NCBI GenBank assembly: GCA_024679065.1
Contig: JAGIQG010000021.1
Span: 30,256,001 to 30,320,000 of the forward strand
Direction: 5' to 3'
Source: Sphyrna mokarran
Taxonomy: Eukaryota
DNA: 64,000 nt
Below, one piece after another: positions 13,501 through 26,459 of the stretch. The notes under the pieces were generated by a model that saw only the letters and a list, made by a program, of their open reading frames with translations, searched no databases and was not told the DNA's origin. The translations under genes and the position numbers were made by a program. Position 1 is the first letter of the stretch; each line of letters opens with the position of its first letter.

Positions 13501-16500
13501 TTTCCATGATCATCTCTTGCCTGCTGGGCGGCAGGGGAAAATCTATCCCAACGTATGTGTCTCAGACAGGTATGAGGTGAAGCAGGTGATAATGCATACA
13601 TAGATTGTCATTTTCAAATAGATGGCAAAGTTCATATAATGTATGCTTTTACCAACTGAACATTCTGTATAATTGTTTCACAGCACTAATTGAATTTAAT
13701 TTTACTTAATTTGTTTCACTTTTACTGGTTGCTATCTATGAAGTTTAAGATGTATTACAAAAATATTAGGAACTTACACGCCAGAGTAACAGAGCCAGTG
13801 CACAGATAACGACAACAATTGAAGAAACGACCACACCCATTATTAATGGATCCGTATATAAACCTTTTCTGCATTTTTCTGCTTCTATACAGTCCCCTTT
13901 ACAATGTTCTTGTTTGGACTCTGAAAAGATATAAAACAGTTTTGATAAAAGGATTGCACATTTTATATCTTCACATTGTCATGAAATTATTTTCACCTTC
14001 TACCATCTTCCTGTGTTCTTTACAGAAAGTAAAAATCAAATCATTTGTTCACACAGTATGTGTGTCCCTGGTTCGGCCAGCACTTGTTGTCTAACCATAA
14101 TTATCCTTGAGAAGTTGGTGGTGAACCACGTTCTTGAATCTCTGCTGTTCATTGATATAGGTACACCCATGGGTGCTTTTTGGAAGGCAATTTGAGGTTT
14201 TTGACTCAGCAACTGTGAAGGAATGGTGACATAATTCCAAGTCAGGACAGTGTGCAGATTGCAAAGTGTGGGATCCTTTGCATGGTTTGCTTCAGTTAAA
14301 ATATTTTATTTTAAGATATTTCTGCCTCTGCCAAGCTTTAAAGCTAATGTGGCCATATTTTAAACTCAGCTGGGAATTGTTGAGTTAACTTGGAAAGTTG
14401 ACTGCATTTTTTGAAAGTAAACTTGAAAGCCCAAATAGCTGCTAATTGTTAACGAAAGTTGGTACCAGCAATTTCAATAACAGGAATAAGGATTCATATA
14501 TTGTAGCAACTGTTATCTGTTTAGTTAGTTCAATACTGCGCGAGGTTTAAATCGAGGATTTAAATAAATATGAGGATTAACTTCTGCTGGTCCCTTTCTC
14601 TTTCTCTCTCTCTCTTTCTCTCTCAAGTAATCCTTTTTCGATTTCTAATGTGTTAATTTTAAATGATGCTCAATAAAAGAATTTCAACGTTGGACCAGTG
14701 CTGCCATCTTTATTCTAGAAAGTGAACAGACACAACACAAGGGAATCTGAAGTTGTTCTTTTGCATATGCTGCCTTTCTCTTTCTGGGTTGAAAAGCAAT
14801 GGGTTTGGAGGGTGCTATCAAAATAGGCTTGATGATTTGCTGCTGCACATCTTGTAGATAGTACACACTTTTGTCACTGTGTGCCAGCGGTGGATGGAGT
14901 GAAACCTTAAGGTGGTGGATGGATTGCCAGTCAAGCAGGCTGCTTCATCCTGAATGGTGTCAAACTTTTTGAATGTTGTTGGATCTGCATAATCCAGGCA
15001 AATGTAGAGTACTTAAACTCTTAACTTATGCCTTGTAGATGGGGGACACCCTTTGGAGAGTCACAAAATGAGTTACTTGTTACTAGGTATTCAGCCTCTA
15101 ACCTCCATTTGTAGCAACAATATTTATTTGGCTAGTGCAGTTAAGTTTCTGGTCAATGGTAACTCCATGGGCATTGACAGTGTGGGATTCAATGATGACA
15201 ATGTGAACATGAAAGGGAGGTGGTTAGATTCTCATCTTGGTGAAGATGACAATTGGCAGGCATTTGTGTGGCATGAATAAGGTCTTGTGAAAATCCAGTT
15301 GTAACGAAGCGCTTTCGCACACATCATTTGAAGCACAAAAGACATTTATTAATAAGAAAAACCATTCAGCAGTACAGCAGCCACCTGCTCCCCCTACGTG
15401 TCTAATACCTAAGAGAGATCTCCAACTCCTGAGTGATAATCGATTCTGAATCACGAGCCAGGTGACCCTTACTCCTATTTTTGTCCTTAAAGGGGCAATC
15501 AGTACAAAGCACCACACCAATTATGAGCTGCTGTATTTGTCCTGAATCTAATACATTGAGTATTGTGATTGTGCCACACTGCACAATTTGTGGTATCAGT
15601 GTAAAGATAGGACTTCATCTCACAACGACTGTGCCATGGCCATTCATAACAATATTGTCACATACAGACAAATCTGCAACAGGTAGGTTTGTGATGAATT
15701 TTCCTTTCTGTTCTCTCACCACCTATCACATGTCCAGTCTGGTAGATTAATCCTTTAAGATTTGGCCAACTTGTTCATGTTGGTACTGCCGAGCCACTTT
15801 CAGTGATGAACATTGAAGTCCCCATGACCGTAATCATTGTCTACACTGTGCTGCCAATGGGACATTATATACCCAGTGATGGTGATGAAGAAGCCCTGGA
15901 CATTGACTGTAACCATAATTCATGAACAGGACCATGTTCAAGTGTTACTTGACTATTCTGTGTGTTGGCTCTCATGTCTTGCATATGTCCACAGATGTTA
16001 ACAAGGACGATTTGCAGGGTTAGCTGGATTGAGTGTGAATATATTATTATCTGTGCCTAGACAATACAGGGTGGCACAAAACATCTGTATTTAATATTCT
16101 GTGAACACTTGTAAATTTATAATGCAAGAAGTCTTCTAACAAATGTCAATGGCTGAAATGATGCTTATGCACAAACCAAAGCCACTTAATTTTGGAGGGC
16201 AGGTTAGTTGATGCACATCTACAAAAGAAGCATAGAAAAAATGCAACCTTGTTTTGTTTATAACTGAATAATCATGTTGTAATTATTTTCAGAGAAAGCT
16301 AAACCCTAAAGCAGCATATAAAAGGAGAAAAAAGCAAAATGGTGTGGATGCTGGAATCTGAAACAAAAAATAGAGAAAATCTCAGCAGGTCTAACAGCAT
16401 CTGTGGAGAGTCTGGGTGATCCTTTGTCAGAGCTGAGGAGAAGGGAGAAAAACTGAAATACTTTTACAAGGGAAGATCTCCTAGATAGATTTTCAGGCTA

Positions 16501-19500
16501 AATCAAAACATGCTCCACATGTTCTATTCAAGAATGCTTATAAAGTGGACTGAGGGAATTTCTAATTTCCTCACTGGTACTATTCAAATTTCTTGTGCAT
16601 AGGGCCATGCCTAATCTTCCACAATGCCAAGTATGACTCTAACGAATGCATATTTTCTGCCTGAAACTGATTGACTCCAATTTTGGTGCTGCACTCAGTC
16701 AAGTGCTGCCTCACTTGTAGAGTTTAAATCTTTTGCCTGTAGTTGAACCAATGCTACAATTAGTTCAGGTTCCGAGTGGTCCTGGCAAAACCCAAACTGG
16801 GCATCAGTGAGAAGGCTATTTCTAAGCAAGTGCCACTTGATACACTGTAGATGCCCCTTTCCATCACTTTGCTGATGATCTGGAATAGACTGATGGAGCA
16901 GTGATTGGCCAGGTTGGTTTTCATGTGCAGAACATACCTGGACAATATTACGCTGAGTGGGTTGTTGGGTGGAGGGTGGGGTGGTGGAGCACGGTGGTTG
17001 GAGGGAGGGCCCATGGGTGATAGTTGGCCACGTTCAACTCAGTAAATATGCACCAGGAAGAAGTGGTGAATCGTGAATCTCTTGCTGGGGCCTGCAGGAA
17101 GTCAATGCCCCTCCCCGCCAACCACCACCACCACCACCACCACACACCATCACGTCATGGAGTTAATGGTCTTGACAAGGGCTGCATGATGGCATAGCGG
17201 TCAGCACTGCTCCCTCACAGTGCCAGGGACTCAGATTCGATTCCGGCTTGAATCGCTGTATGTGTGGAGTTAGCACATCCCCTACCCCCATGTCTGCATG
17301 GATTTTCTCTGGGTACTCCGATTTCCTCCCACAGTCCAATGAAGGGCGTGTTGGGTGGATTGGCAATGCTAAATTAACCCTTGTGTCAGGGAGACTAAGG
17401 AGATTAGAGTAAATGTATGGGGTTGCAGGAATAGGATTTGGATGGGAATGTGGTTAGTGTAGACTTGATGGGCCAACTGGCCTCCTTCTGCACTATAGAA
17501 TTCTATAATTCTAAGAACAACAAAAATGACATATGGTCTCACATAGTCATTCTTTATGTATAATTGTTAAGCAGTAATTTTTTTTTCAGTAAATTACATT
17601 GGATGAAAACTTGAAAGAAACATACCTGACACAAACAACATTGTTCCTTGTGCAAATACATCTGATACTGTAACCTTTCGTATTCCAAACACACAATAGT
17701 AAAAATCAGTGTCATTTTCCTGGAGATTTTTGAGGGTTACAGTGAAATTCTTTTTGTTTCCTTTAAACTCAATGCGGTTGACATATGATTCGTGCACCGT
17801 ATTATTATGATCGTGGACGTAGATCAGATCAGCGAAAGAGGAAAGATTTTTTCTTAAATAGGTGCCCACAAAGCTACCATCTTCAGATGAAAATCTGCAG
17901 TTTATTGAAACAGATCCTCCCTTTTTCACTTGTTGAACAAAAGTAGACTGGAAAATGCAATTCTCTGCAAAATGTAAAATTAAAGATAAAGTCAATGCGG
18001 TTATAATGCTCTGAATGTGATCAATGGTCAAATAAAACGTTTTCTTCATGTAAATAATATCATAATCATTACATTTCATGAGTCATATTAATATTTTAGA
18101 GGATTTTTAGCTTTGGGAAGAATAAAATTAGACTGTGGAATCTTGTAGCTTAATTTTTTTCAGCAACTAATGGAATTTTGAATTTCTTTTCAAATATTAT
18201 AGGTCTCTGTGATAACAATATGTTATTAATTAAAGGAGAATAGAGATGTAGAAAGCAGGGGTCATTTTGTGTAATGTCTAACACTCCATGTTATAGGAGA
18301 AAGGTGTCTGCCTTTCAACAGCTGAATCTAGAAACTAAAATTTCGTTCAGGCCTGAAGCAGGCACAGGTAGTAAGATGCACAAGTACCCCACACCTAATT
18401 TTGGTGATACAGGTGACATGAAGGCACAGTGGTTAACATTGCTGCCTCATGCTGCCAGGCCCGAGTTCGATTCCCAGCTTGTGTCACTGGCTGCGAGGAA
18501 TCTGTGTGGGTTTCCTCCGGATGCTCCGGTTCCTCCCACGATCTGAAAGGTGTGCTGGTTATATGCATTAACTATACTAAATTCTTCCTCAGTGTACCTG
18601 AACAGGTGCTGGAGTTTGACAAATTGGGGATTTTCAAAGTAGCTTCATTGTAGTGTTAATGTAAGCCAACTTGTAACATTAATAAATAATAAAAGCAGTA
18701 CAAATGTCATGCTGCCTGCTCATCTCAATGATAGTCGTGTGCAGATCAGTGCAAAATACATAGTTGCAGGGGCCTGACCATCTGTGGCCAGCACAGTTTA
18801 AAGCTAACCTGCAACTATAAAAGACAGCTTGTTTCTCTTAAAGTGTAAATGCATTTTGGCTGCAACAGTTGGTGGAGCTGATCTTAAAGTATGTAACTGA
18901 AGGAAAAAGACTATTAGTGGAACATTGGCCAGAGAGAAGACTCCCAGGTTTGCTGATCTAGTTTTAGAGTCCTTATGCCAGAAGATCAAAATTCTTGTCA
19001 GAGGTTAGAAGGTTTTGAATATAGGCTGCATAAAGGGAATAGGATCAGGAACAAGGGAGATGAATTCCGGGATTCAGGCTAACATATTGGAAAAATTTCA
19101 TAGATCTCCAAAGTGGCCAAAGTCAGTAATTTATCTTCCACATCTCCTACTCTTCACACCATCAACTTCCCTGCATTCAGTGGTGAGGAATGGGCACTTG
19201 ATGCTCCATCTTATTCTCAAACAATAATCACTGCTGCAAGCCTCATATTCATATCTTGAGTTCCAGCTATTCAGCTATGACAGGTACATTATCTAATCAT
19301 GATGCAGCACAGTCACTAACGCTCTTCTCTTTCTCTTTTGCATGAAATGATCATACGTAACAGGAGGAAGCAGCAGATAATGCTTAAGGAACAGCATTAA
19401 TCTCCATCTCCTGAGTCCTTTGAAGGAGATAGTGCAACATATTATAAGTCCAGCAGTGACAGCAACTAATGCATCCATAACTACTGAACACATTCAGGAT

Positions 19501-21930
19501 GATGGTATGTTCCTGCCTTATGCAATTTTTCAAATTCCACACCACTTTCATCCTGCAATCTAGTGCAAAATGCAACCTACAGATAGTTTGACAATGAATT
19601 TCTTGCATTCTACACAATGCTCTACCCTCACTCCAACTTTCCCCATCTACAATTTTATTTTCTGATACTAAATAATTGCTGCCTGCCCTCTAGTGCAGCC
19701 TCATCATGAATGTTATGGGCAAGAACTGAAGATGCACCATTACTTGATCTGATACTTGCAGCCACCAATTTAGAAGTTGGCACTGGGTGTATTTCAGGGA
19801 TGCACGCACTATGGTTAAATCACGTAACTTATACATCTTTGGACACTAAAGAGTAATTTAGCATAGCCGATCCACCTAACATGCACATCTTTGGACTGTA
19901 GGAAGAAGCTGGAGCACCTGGAGGAAACCCACACAAACATGGCGAGAATGTGCAAACTCCAAACAGAATCTAAAAATTTAAAATGGCTGACTTGGGGCAA
20001 TGAGAGATAGACATTGTCACTGATGTCCTTCCCAGAAAACTATTTTAAAAAGCCCCTTTATAATCGAGTTGCTGCCCGATTACCCTCAGGTCATGCATCA
20101 TCTCATTCTAAGGTAGCAGTGCATGCTTTCTAATCACACACAGCTATCAATATTGACACCCTCGGCAACCACAAGGAGGTACGTCTGTACAATCTTGCCA
20201 AGAACTCCTTTTTAATTTACTTTCCCATTCTTGTACAGCTCTACAAGCATTTTTGACTGTCAAATTTGAAAATATGTCAGTATTTTCTTACATATATCTC
20301 TATGATGGAAAGATTACAAGATCTTTTTCTATGGCTGATTTTAAATCTCACAGATTCTCAGTTATTTTAAGAGCTGTGAATCTAAAAAAAAATAGTACAG
20401 GGCTAACTCATGGTGGCTTTTGGTTGCAGCAATGCTTTGTGCACGTCTTCAGTTATTGAAAAAAGAATATAAAACTTTTGCTCCAATATAAAGGTTGCCT
20501 CACCTTTTGGATTGTATGCTGACAACATCTTCAGAAGGGATATAAGGCACAGATTCACTGACAGCACTTACAGGTTTTCAAATTGTCCACCATATTTTTA
20601 ACCATAATCTGCAATCGGTGTGTAGATTGAACTCATAACCCGATATTAGATAAGAAAGATGTAAACATGCTTTCGCATTTGTCTAAAAAATTGTGTCAAC
20701 TGTGTGAATTTTCTGAGACAAATTGTCAATTTTTTGAAAATTTCTGCAAGTTACAAATGATCAATTAAACCCATCATTATGTTGAAGATGATGGTTAGGT
20801 ATATAGTTGCAGACATAAAATATACAGTCGGATTTAAGTCATTGCATTAAAAGAATTTGTGAAGCTAATCAAAACTATTTTGAAGCGACTCATCAATTAA
20901 TCTATAGGAACGCACATATTGATGTTCATTTGTATTCTCCAAAAATGTTCAAAACTGGGATTGAAATCACTTTGAAAATATTTTTGATCAAAAATTTTAA
21001 ACGAAAGAAATATGAACCAACTTTTTTGACCCTTTTGAATTGACTATTATCCGATTGAGAGCAAATGAGGCTATTGAAGCTCTGATTAATTTTAGTTGCA
21101 GCACTCCAGTAATGATGCAAATATACTCTGCAGTTTGAAAGAGTGTTTTGTAATAATGAAAACCTTTACACGCTGAATGTAATTCAAATTTTTTAAGAAG
21201 CTGAAAGGCCAACCAGTCTTGTTAAATCAAGATTTATGTTTAAACCTCTTCACCGCTCAAAGATCTCCATTAGTTCAATGCTGTTCTGACAAAATCTGTA
21301 ATTATATATTTTCACAGTAATTTGCAGTAAAAGTCACGGGAATTTCACAGGAGTTTAATTGCAGTGATAATGTAAGCCTTACTTTGACTAATAAATCAAT
21401 TTTGATTCTTTAACTTTTTTTTGTATATAAATTGCAATTATTTTAACACCAAAATGTTTTCTTTCATCATTTTTTTAAATAAAATTTATGTTAAAGTTAT
21501 CACATTGTCACCTAATAAAACATTTGCATGCATTTCTGTAAGTTCCTTCTGAGATAGAAACATGTTCCCAGAGAATGCTGCAGAGGCCTGAGGAAATTCT
21601 ATGCCATGTCAAAGAACAGAGAAATAATCCAAAACTTAAAGAGATAGGTTTGAAGGGGAATTTTAAAGTTAAAGTGAAGCATGGAGGGAATACATTTGAG
21701 GAGACTTTCAAAGACACATCGAATATATAAGATAACTTCAGCCTCATGTACTTTATAAAACAGATCTTGGATATTTTCTTTGTGCTAAAAAGCACTAAAG
21801 TTTGTGTTAACACACCACAATTCTTAAACGATTAAAAGACTTCACAGAAAAACCTCTTCCTACCTGCGCTTGATCCTGAAATCATTAAAAAAACGAGAAT
21901 CTGTAGGGTGTGAACTGTTCGCGCAGCCAT
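10421..21930 (-). CDS. CD7: T-cell antigen CD7-like gene, 4 coding exons (21930-21864, 17964-17626, 13920-13778, 10522-10421), 216 aa
   Basis: Exons of 67+339+143+102 = 651 nt join in frame with GT-AG junctions (phases 1,1,0). The V domain resembles CD7 (GGSVSINC..GTYLRK..DLIY..RIEFKG..NFTVTLKNLQENDTDFYYC..VFAQGTMLFV; YL in place of the C-strand Trp). Single TM; tail has VYEDM as in mammalian CD7. Confidence 0.9.
11030..13145 (+). mobile_element. Degenerate, internally deleted CR1 in CD7 intron 3
   Basis: Endonuclease and RT fragments (ORFs 12350-12700 WQMKFNLEKCEVMHLG, 12902-13084). Confidence 0.9.
11620..11855. mobile_element. Penelope-derived hairpin element, 95-bp inverted arms, 14-bp TSD
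   Basis: Arms 11620-11714 and 11729-11823 (1 mismatch seen); TSD tcacaggtgaagtg at 11606-11619 and 11856-11869. Confidence 0.85.
13778..13920 (-). CDS. CD7: CD7-like exon 3, stalk + transmembrane (ESKQEHCKGDCIEAEKCRKGLYTDPLIMGVVVSSIVVVICALALLLWR)
   Basis: Acceptor tatcttttcag|, donor |gtaagt; phase 1 in, phase 0 out; about 21-aa hydrophobic helix. Not in the ORF track. Confidence 0.88.
17183..17512 (+). mobile_element. HE1/V-SINE-type SINE
   Basis: Head, core and CR1-type tail. Confidence 0.8.
17626..17964 (-). CDS. CD7: CD7-like exon 2, Ig V-set domain
   Basis: Lies within ORF 17594..18079; acceptor ttttgcag|, donor |gtatgt; B- and F-strand Cys, DxxxYYC motif, J-like FAQGT G strand; sequons NLS, NNT, NFT, NDT. 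Confidence 0.93.
18412..18692 (+). mobile_element. SINE with same head/core but an alternative tail (..gtgttaatgtaagcc..aataaataa)
   Basis: Tail shared with copies at about 53580-53855, 57455-57740, 58165-58372 and 61372-61630. Confidence 0.8.
21864..21930 (-). CDS. CD7: CD7-like exon 1, signal peptide MAARTVHTLQILVFLMISGSSA
   Basis: ATG at 21930-21928 (aagaATGG), hydrophobic core, phase-1 donor CAG|gtagga; joins exon 2 in frame. Confidence 0.82.
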
Positions 21931-22204
21931 TCTTAATGTTCACAATATTTTCCTGTTAACACATTTTACTGAGCTCTGATGCACATCTAAATTTCCGCTT
22001 CAGTGTCATTCAACCCACATAAAGAGAAAGATAAAAAAAACTGCACATTTCATTTAGACATAGAAAAGTAGAATGCAGTGAATCCAGTCAACAGAAATAC
22101 AATATAAATATTTTACAATCAGCTGATAATAATGCTTGTGCATAATTTCATATGTGCATTGGGCTGAAAATTGTGCATCTTGTAATTATGTCATCAAACA
22201 GAAT

Positions 22205-22570
22205 CATAGTGCATTAATCATAATCACCAACAATGCAGAAATAGGCCAGTTGGCCCACTGAGTGTGCACTAACAACAATCCCAACTAGGCCATATCCCCA
22301 CATATTTATCCTGCTAATCCCCTTGACCGTAAGGAACAGTGGCCAATCCATGTAACCGACACATCTTAGGAAAGTAAGGGATAATTTAGCATGGCAAATC
22401 CATCTAACCTGCACATTTTTGGAGTGTGGGAGGAAACCAGAGCATTCAGAAGAAATTGACGCAGACACATGGAGAATGTGCAAACACCACTCAATCACTC
22501 AAGGCTGGAATTGAACCCAGGCCCCTGGTGCTGTGAGGCAGCAATGCTAACCAATGTGCCACCATGCCAT
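22205..22570 (-). mobile_element. HE1/V-SINE-type SINE just upstream of CD7 exon 1
   Basis: Complete head, core and tail in reverse orientation. Confidence 0.85.
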
Positions 22571-22891
22571 CATTTGTGAGCTGAATTTCCAGTAAACATA
22601 GTATAATAACTCCATGGAGGTGCAAGTCCCGTCACCAAGTTACTTTATTTACACCATACACCTATACATAGCCAGCTCTCCAGTTGCTGTTTGCTGAATG
22701 CAGGCTGGGAGCCTGACACACCTGCTTTAAATAGGAATATGGGACTCCCTGATTTAACCATCAATTAGGATTCGTCAGCTATCTCTTTTAAGGTACCAGC
22801 TTAATAAACAAAACTCAGATTAACTTAGGACAAATTAAAAGGGGCAGTTCCTCAAAAGGAAGAGGGTCAGCCCAAACAAAAGACAAAGTCG

Positions 22892-25142
22892 AAAGGAAAG
22901 GGGAACTGTGCTTAGAGCCCGAGGGAATGGCGGAGATCCTGAATGAATACTTTGCGTCGGTATTCACGAAGGAGAGGGGCTTGTTGACAGCTCCTATCTC
23001 TGAGGGAGCTGTGGACCAGTTGAGGGAAATATCCATACTGAGGGAGGAAGTGTTAGAGCTTCTAGGTAGCATTAAAACTGATAAATCTCCGGGGCCTGAT
23101 GGCATTTATCCCAGGCTGCTTAGGGAGGTGTGAGGTGAAATTGCTGGGACTCTGATGCAAATCTTTCTCTCTTCTTCGGACACAGGTGAGGTCCCAGAGG
23201 ACTGGAGAATAGGTACTGTTGTACCGTTGTTTAAAAAGGGTAGTAGGGATAACTCTGGAAATTATAGGCTGGTGAGTTTGACGTCAGTGGTAGGGAAGCT
23301 GTTGGAGGGGATTCTTAGAGATAGGATGTATAGGCACTTAGAGCGTTGTGATCTGATTAGGGAGACGCAGCATGGATTTGTTAAGAGGAGGTCGTGCCTT
23401 ATGAATCTGGTAGAATTTTTTGAGCATGTGACGAAAACGGTGGACAAAGGGCGAGCCGTTGATGTCGTCTATATGGATTTTAGTAAGGCGTTTGACAAAG
23501 TCCCTCATGGGAGGTTAATTGAGAAGGCTCATGAGGTCAAGGCTCATGGGATACAAGGACAGGTAGCTAGATGGATAAGTAACTGGCTTGGTAATAGAAG
23601 ATAGAGAGTAATAGTGGAAGGGTGTTTTTCTAGCTGGAGATCGGTCACTAGTGGTGTGCCGCAGGGCTCGGTACTGGGACCTCTTCTATTTGTAATATAT
23701 ATAAATGACTTGGAAGAGGGAGTAAGTGGAGTGATCAGCAAGTTTGCAGACGATACAAAGATGGCTGGACTTGCGGATAGTGAGGAGTATTGTCAAGCGA
23801 TGCAGCAGGGCATAGGCTGGTAACTTGGGCAGACAGATGGCAGATGGAATTCAATCCTGATAAATGTGAGGTGATGCATTTCGGAAGAAATAATGTAGGG
23901 GGGAGGTATTTGATAAAGGGTAGACCTATTAAGAGTATAGAAACGCAGAGGGACCTGGGGGTGCAGGTGAACAAGTCTCTGAAGGTGGCAGAGCAAGTGG
24001 AGAAGGTTGTGAAGAAAGCATATAGTATGCTAGCCTTTATAGGAAGGGGTATAGAGTACAAGAGCTGGCCTTTAATGTTGCAGTTGTATAAAACGTTGGT
24101 TAGACCTCATTTGGAATACTGCATCCAGTTCTGGTCGCCTTACTACCGGAAGGACGTGGAGACTCTGGAGAGAGTGCAGAGGAGGTTTACCAGGATGCTG
24201 CCTGGTATGGAAGATCTGAGTTACGAGGAGAGGTTAGGCAAATTGGGACTGTTTTCCTTAGAAAGACATAGACTTAGAGGAGATCTGATAGAGGTGTACA
24301 AGATTATGAGAGGTATAGATAGAGTAAACAGGGTTAAGCTTTTTCCTAGATGGACTCGAATAGCATGAGGGGTCATGGGCTTAGGTTGAAGGGGGTAAGG
24401 TATAATTTGGATGCTAGAAGGAGTTTTTTCACACAGTGGGTGGTGGGGGTATGGAATGCACTGCCAAGTAAAGTGGTGGAGGCAGGTACTCTGGAGTTAT
24501 TTAAGAAATACTTAGATGGGCACATGAACAGAATGGGAATGGAGGGGTATAGAAAACTGATTTAAAATAGGGATCATGAGCCTTGGGAGTCCCTGGGAAG
24601 TGTGTAAATAGATGATGATATTGATGTACTTGTTTTTATCCTACAGGTGCTTTGGTCCACCTTGTTGTCTAACGAGGGGCATACACGCGATGGGTCGTGA
24701 GAGGGCTGCTCTTGGATTTTTTTCGAGAGTATCCTAGTGCTTCACGTCGTTAGTGTACGCTTGACCTGGACCATTTGATGGGCAACACGACAGCTCAGTG
24801 ACTATCGCTGTGCTGTGCAGATACATGGATTTGGGCCTGTGTCTGTGGGAGTTTGCGCATTCTCCCCGTGCTTGCGCGGGTTTTCTCCGGGTGCTCCGGT
24901 TTCCTCCCACATCCCAAAGATGTGCTCTTAGGCTAATTGGTAAAACAAATTCTCCTAAATTGTCTCAAATTTGGTTTTTAATTCATAGGTCTATAAACAT
25001 AGACAGAGATCACAGGTACAGGTGGGAACATCGGGGTGGCGGCACGGGCTTGTTGGGCCGAAGGGCCTGTTTCCCGTGCTGTTTTGTTCTTTGATCTGTA
25101 CTGCGTGTACTGCGCTGAAATGTTCTATGTTCTATGTTCTAT
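22892..25142 (+). mobile_element. Young 5'-truncated CR1 LINE (RT) with a SINE body in its 3' UTR
   Basis: ORFs 22927-24565 with SPGPDG, NYRxVSLTS, DFSKAFD, GVPQGS, FADD, RPHLEYC; few stops or frameshifts; (GTTCTAT)n tail. Confidence 0.95.
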
Positions 25143-25689
25143 GAATCAGTGGCAGTTTTCATATGCAGAACAAATTATCAAGAAAACAGAGATGTGGACC
25201 AGACCACTTGGTAATTATGACTCCTTTGTGATTTCTGGTCATGGCAGAAATGCTGCTTCCAAACAGTGTGAATACCATAAGTCCATAAGTCATAGGAGCA
25301 GATAAGCCACTTGGCAATGTAACAAGAACAATCATTGACTGAGTACAAGATTTTCCATTCCCTCCTCTCTTATTTGCCCAAGGATTGTGTTGTTTGGACC
25401 ATGTGGAGCGCTGCTTTCTTCACTCTTCCAATTTCAGATATGGAGGGAGGCTGCTGGAGTGTAAGTAAGGTAAATCCAGTACCTCTATCGTTGCTTTATT
25501 CCCAAAAAGCCCTTGGCTTCCCAACCTCTCCTCCAGGACCTTCCTCAGTCAGTTATGCCTATGGCCCTTTCTCCATCCTTTCCTTCTCAGCTTCTCCTCA
25601 GACAGATATTGTGGCCCTGTCTCAGGGTTCCCCTGAGTGTGATGAGAAAATCAATGAGCTTGTGAGAAAGAATGAAGATGTGTGTTCAC

Positions 25690-25969
25690 ACAAGTGAATG
25701 TATGCACAATAGTGAGTGCATGCCTAGGAGTAAGCATGTGTAAGAGAGAGCACCTGAAAGAGATAATGAGTTTGCACGTGTGTTTGTGTGTGTGTGTGTG
25801 TGTGTGTATGAGAGAGTGTGCACTTGAGGATGAATGTCTGCATAAGAATCAGTGTGTGTGAGAGAGTGCATGTGATTTAGAGAGAGTCTATGCATGAGAG
25901 CGTGTGTGAGAATGGATGTGTATGTGAGGGTAAGTATATGAATCTGTTTATGTGAGTGAGAGAGTTCTG
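25690..25969. repeat. Degenerate (GT/GA)n tract running into the assembly gap
   Basis: Direct reading. Confidence 0.9.
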
Positions 25970-26296
25970 NNNNNNNNNNNNNNNNNNNNNNNNNNNNNNN
26001 NNNNNNNNNNNNNNNNNNNNNNNNNNNNNNNNNNNNNNNNNNNNNNNNNNNNNNNNNNNNNNNNNNNNNNNNNNNNNNNNNNNNNNNNNNNNNNNNNNNN
26101 NNNNNNNNNNNNNNNNNNNNNNNNNNNNNNNNNNNNNNNNNNNNNNNNNNNNNNNNNNNNNNNNNNNNNNNNNNNNNNNNNNNNNNNNNNNNNNNNNNNN
26201 NNNNNNNNNNNNNNNNNNNNNNNNNNNNNNNNNNNNNNNNNNNNNNNNNNNNNNNNNNNNNNNNNNNNNNNNNNNNNNNNNNNNNNNNNNNNNNNN
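25970..26296. other. Assembly gap (327 N)
   Basis: Run of n. Confidence 1.
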
Positions 26297-26459
26297 GTAA
26301 GCTTCCATTATTAAGATCTGCAACATAGCACTATTCAATTGTTGTTTATATTGATTGCTTATTTTTAAATCATTAATTTATTGCTTTGACATTGATTTTT
26401 TTTGCCCAGCAAGATTAATACTTACTTTTTTAAAAGTAAGTATGTTTAACGTTGTGTTA

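Noticed and set aside
17626-17964. CD28/CTLA-4, CD8 or rearranging TCR/Ig V segment identity
   Set aside because: No MYPPPY-like loop, no C-strand Trp, G strand encoded in the same exon with no RSS; the V pattern plus YEDM tail fit CD7.
25877-26338. ORFs spanning the N run
   Set aside because: Artefacts of the assembly gap.
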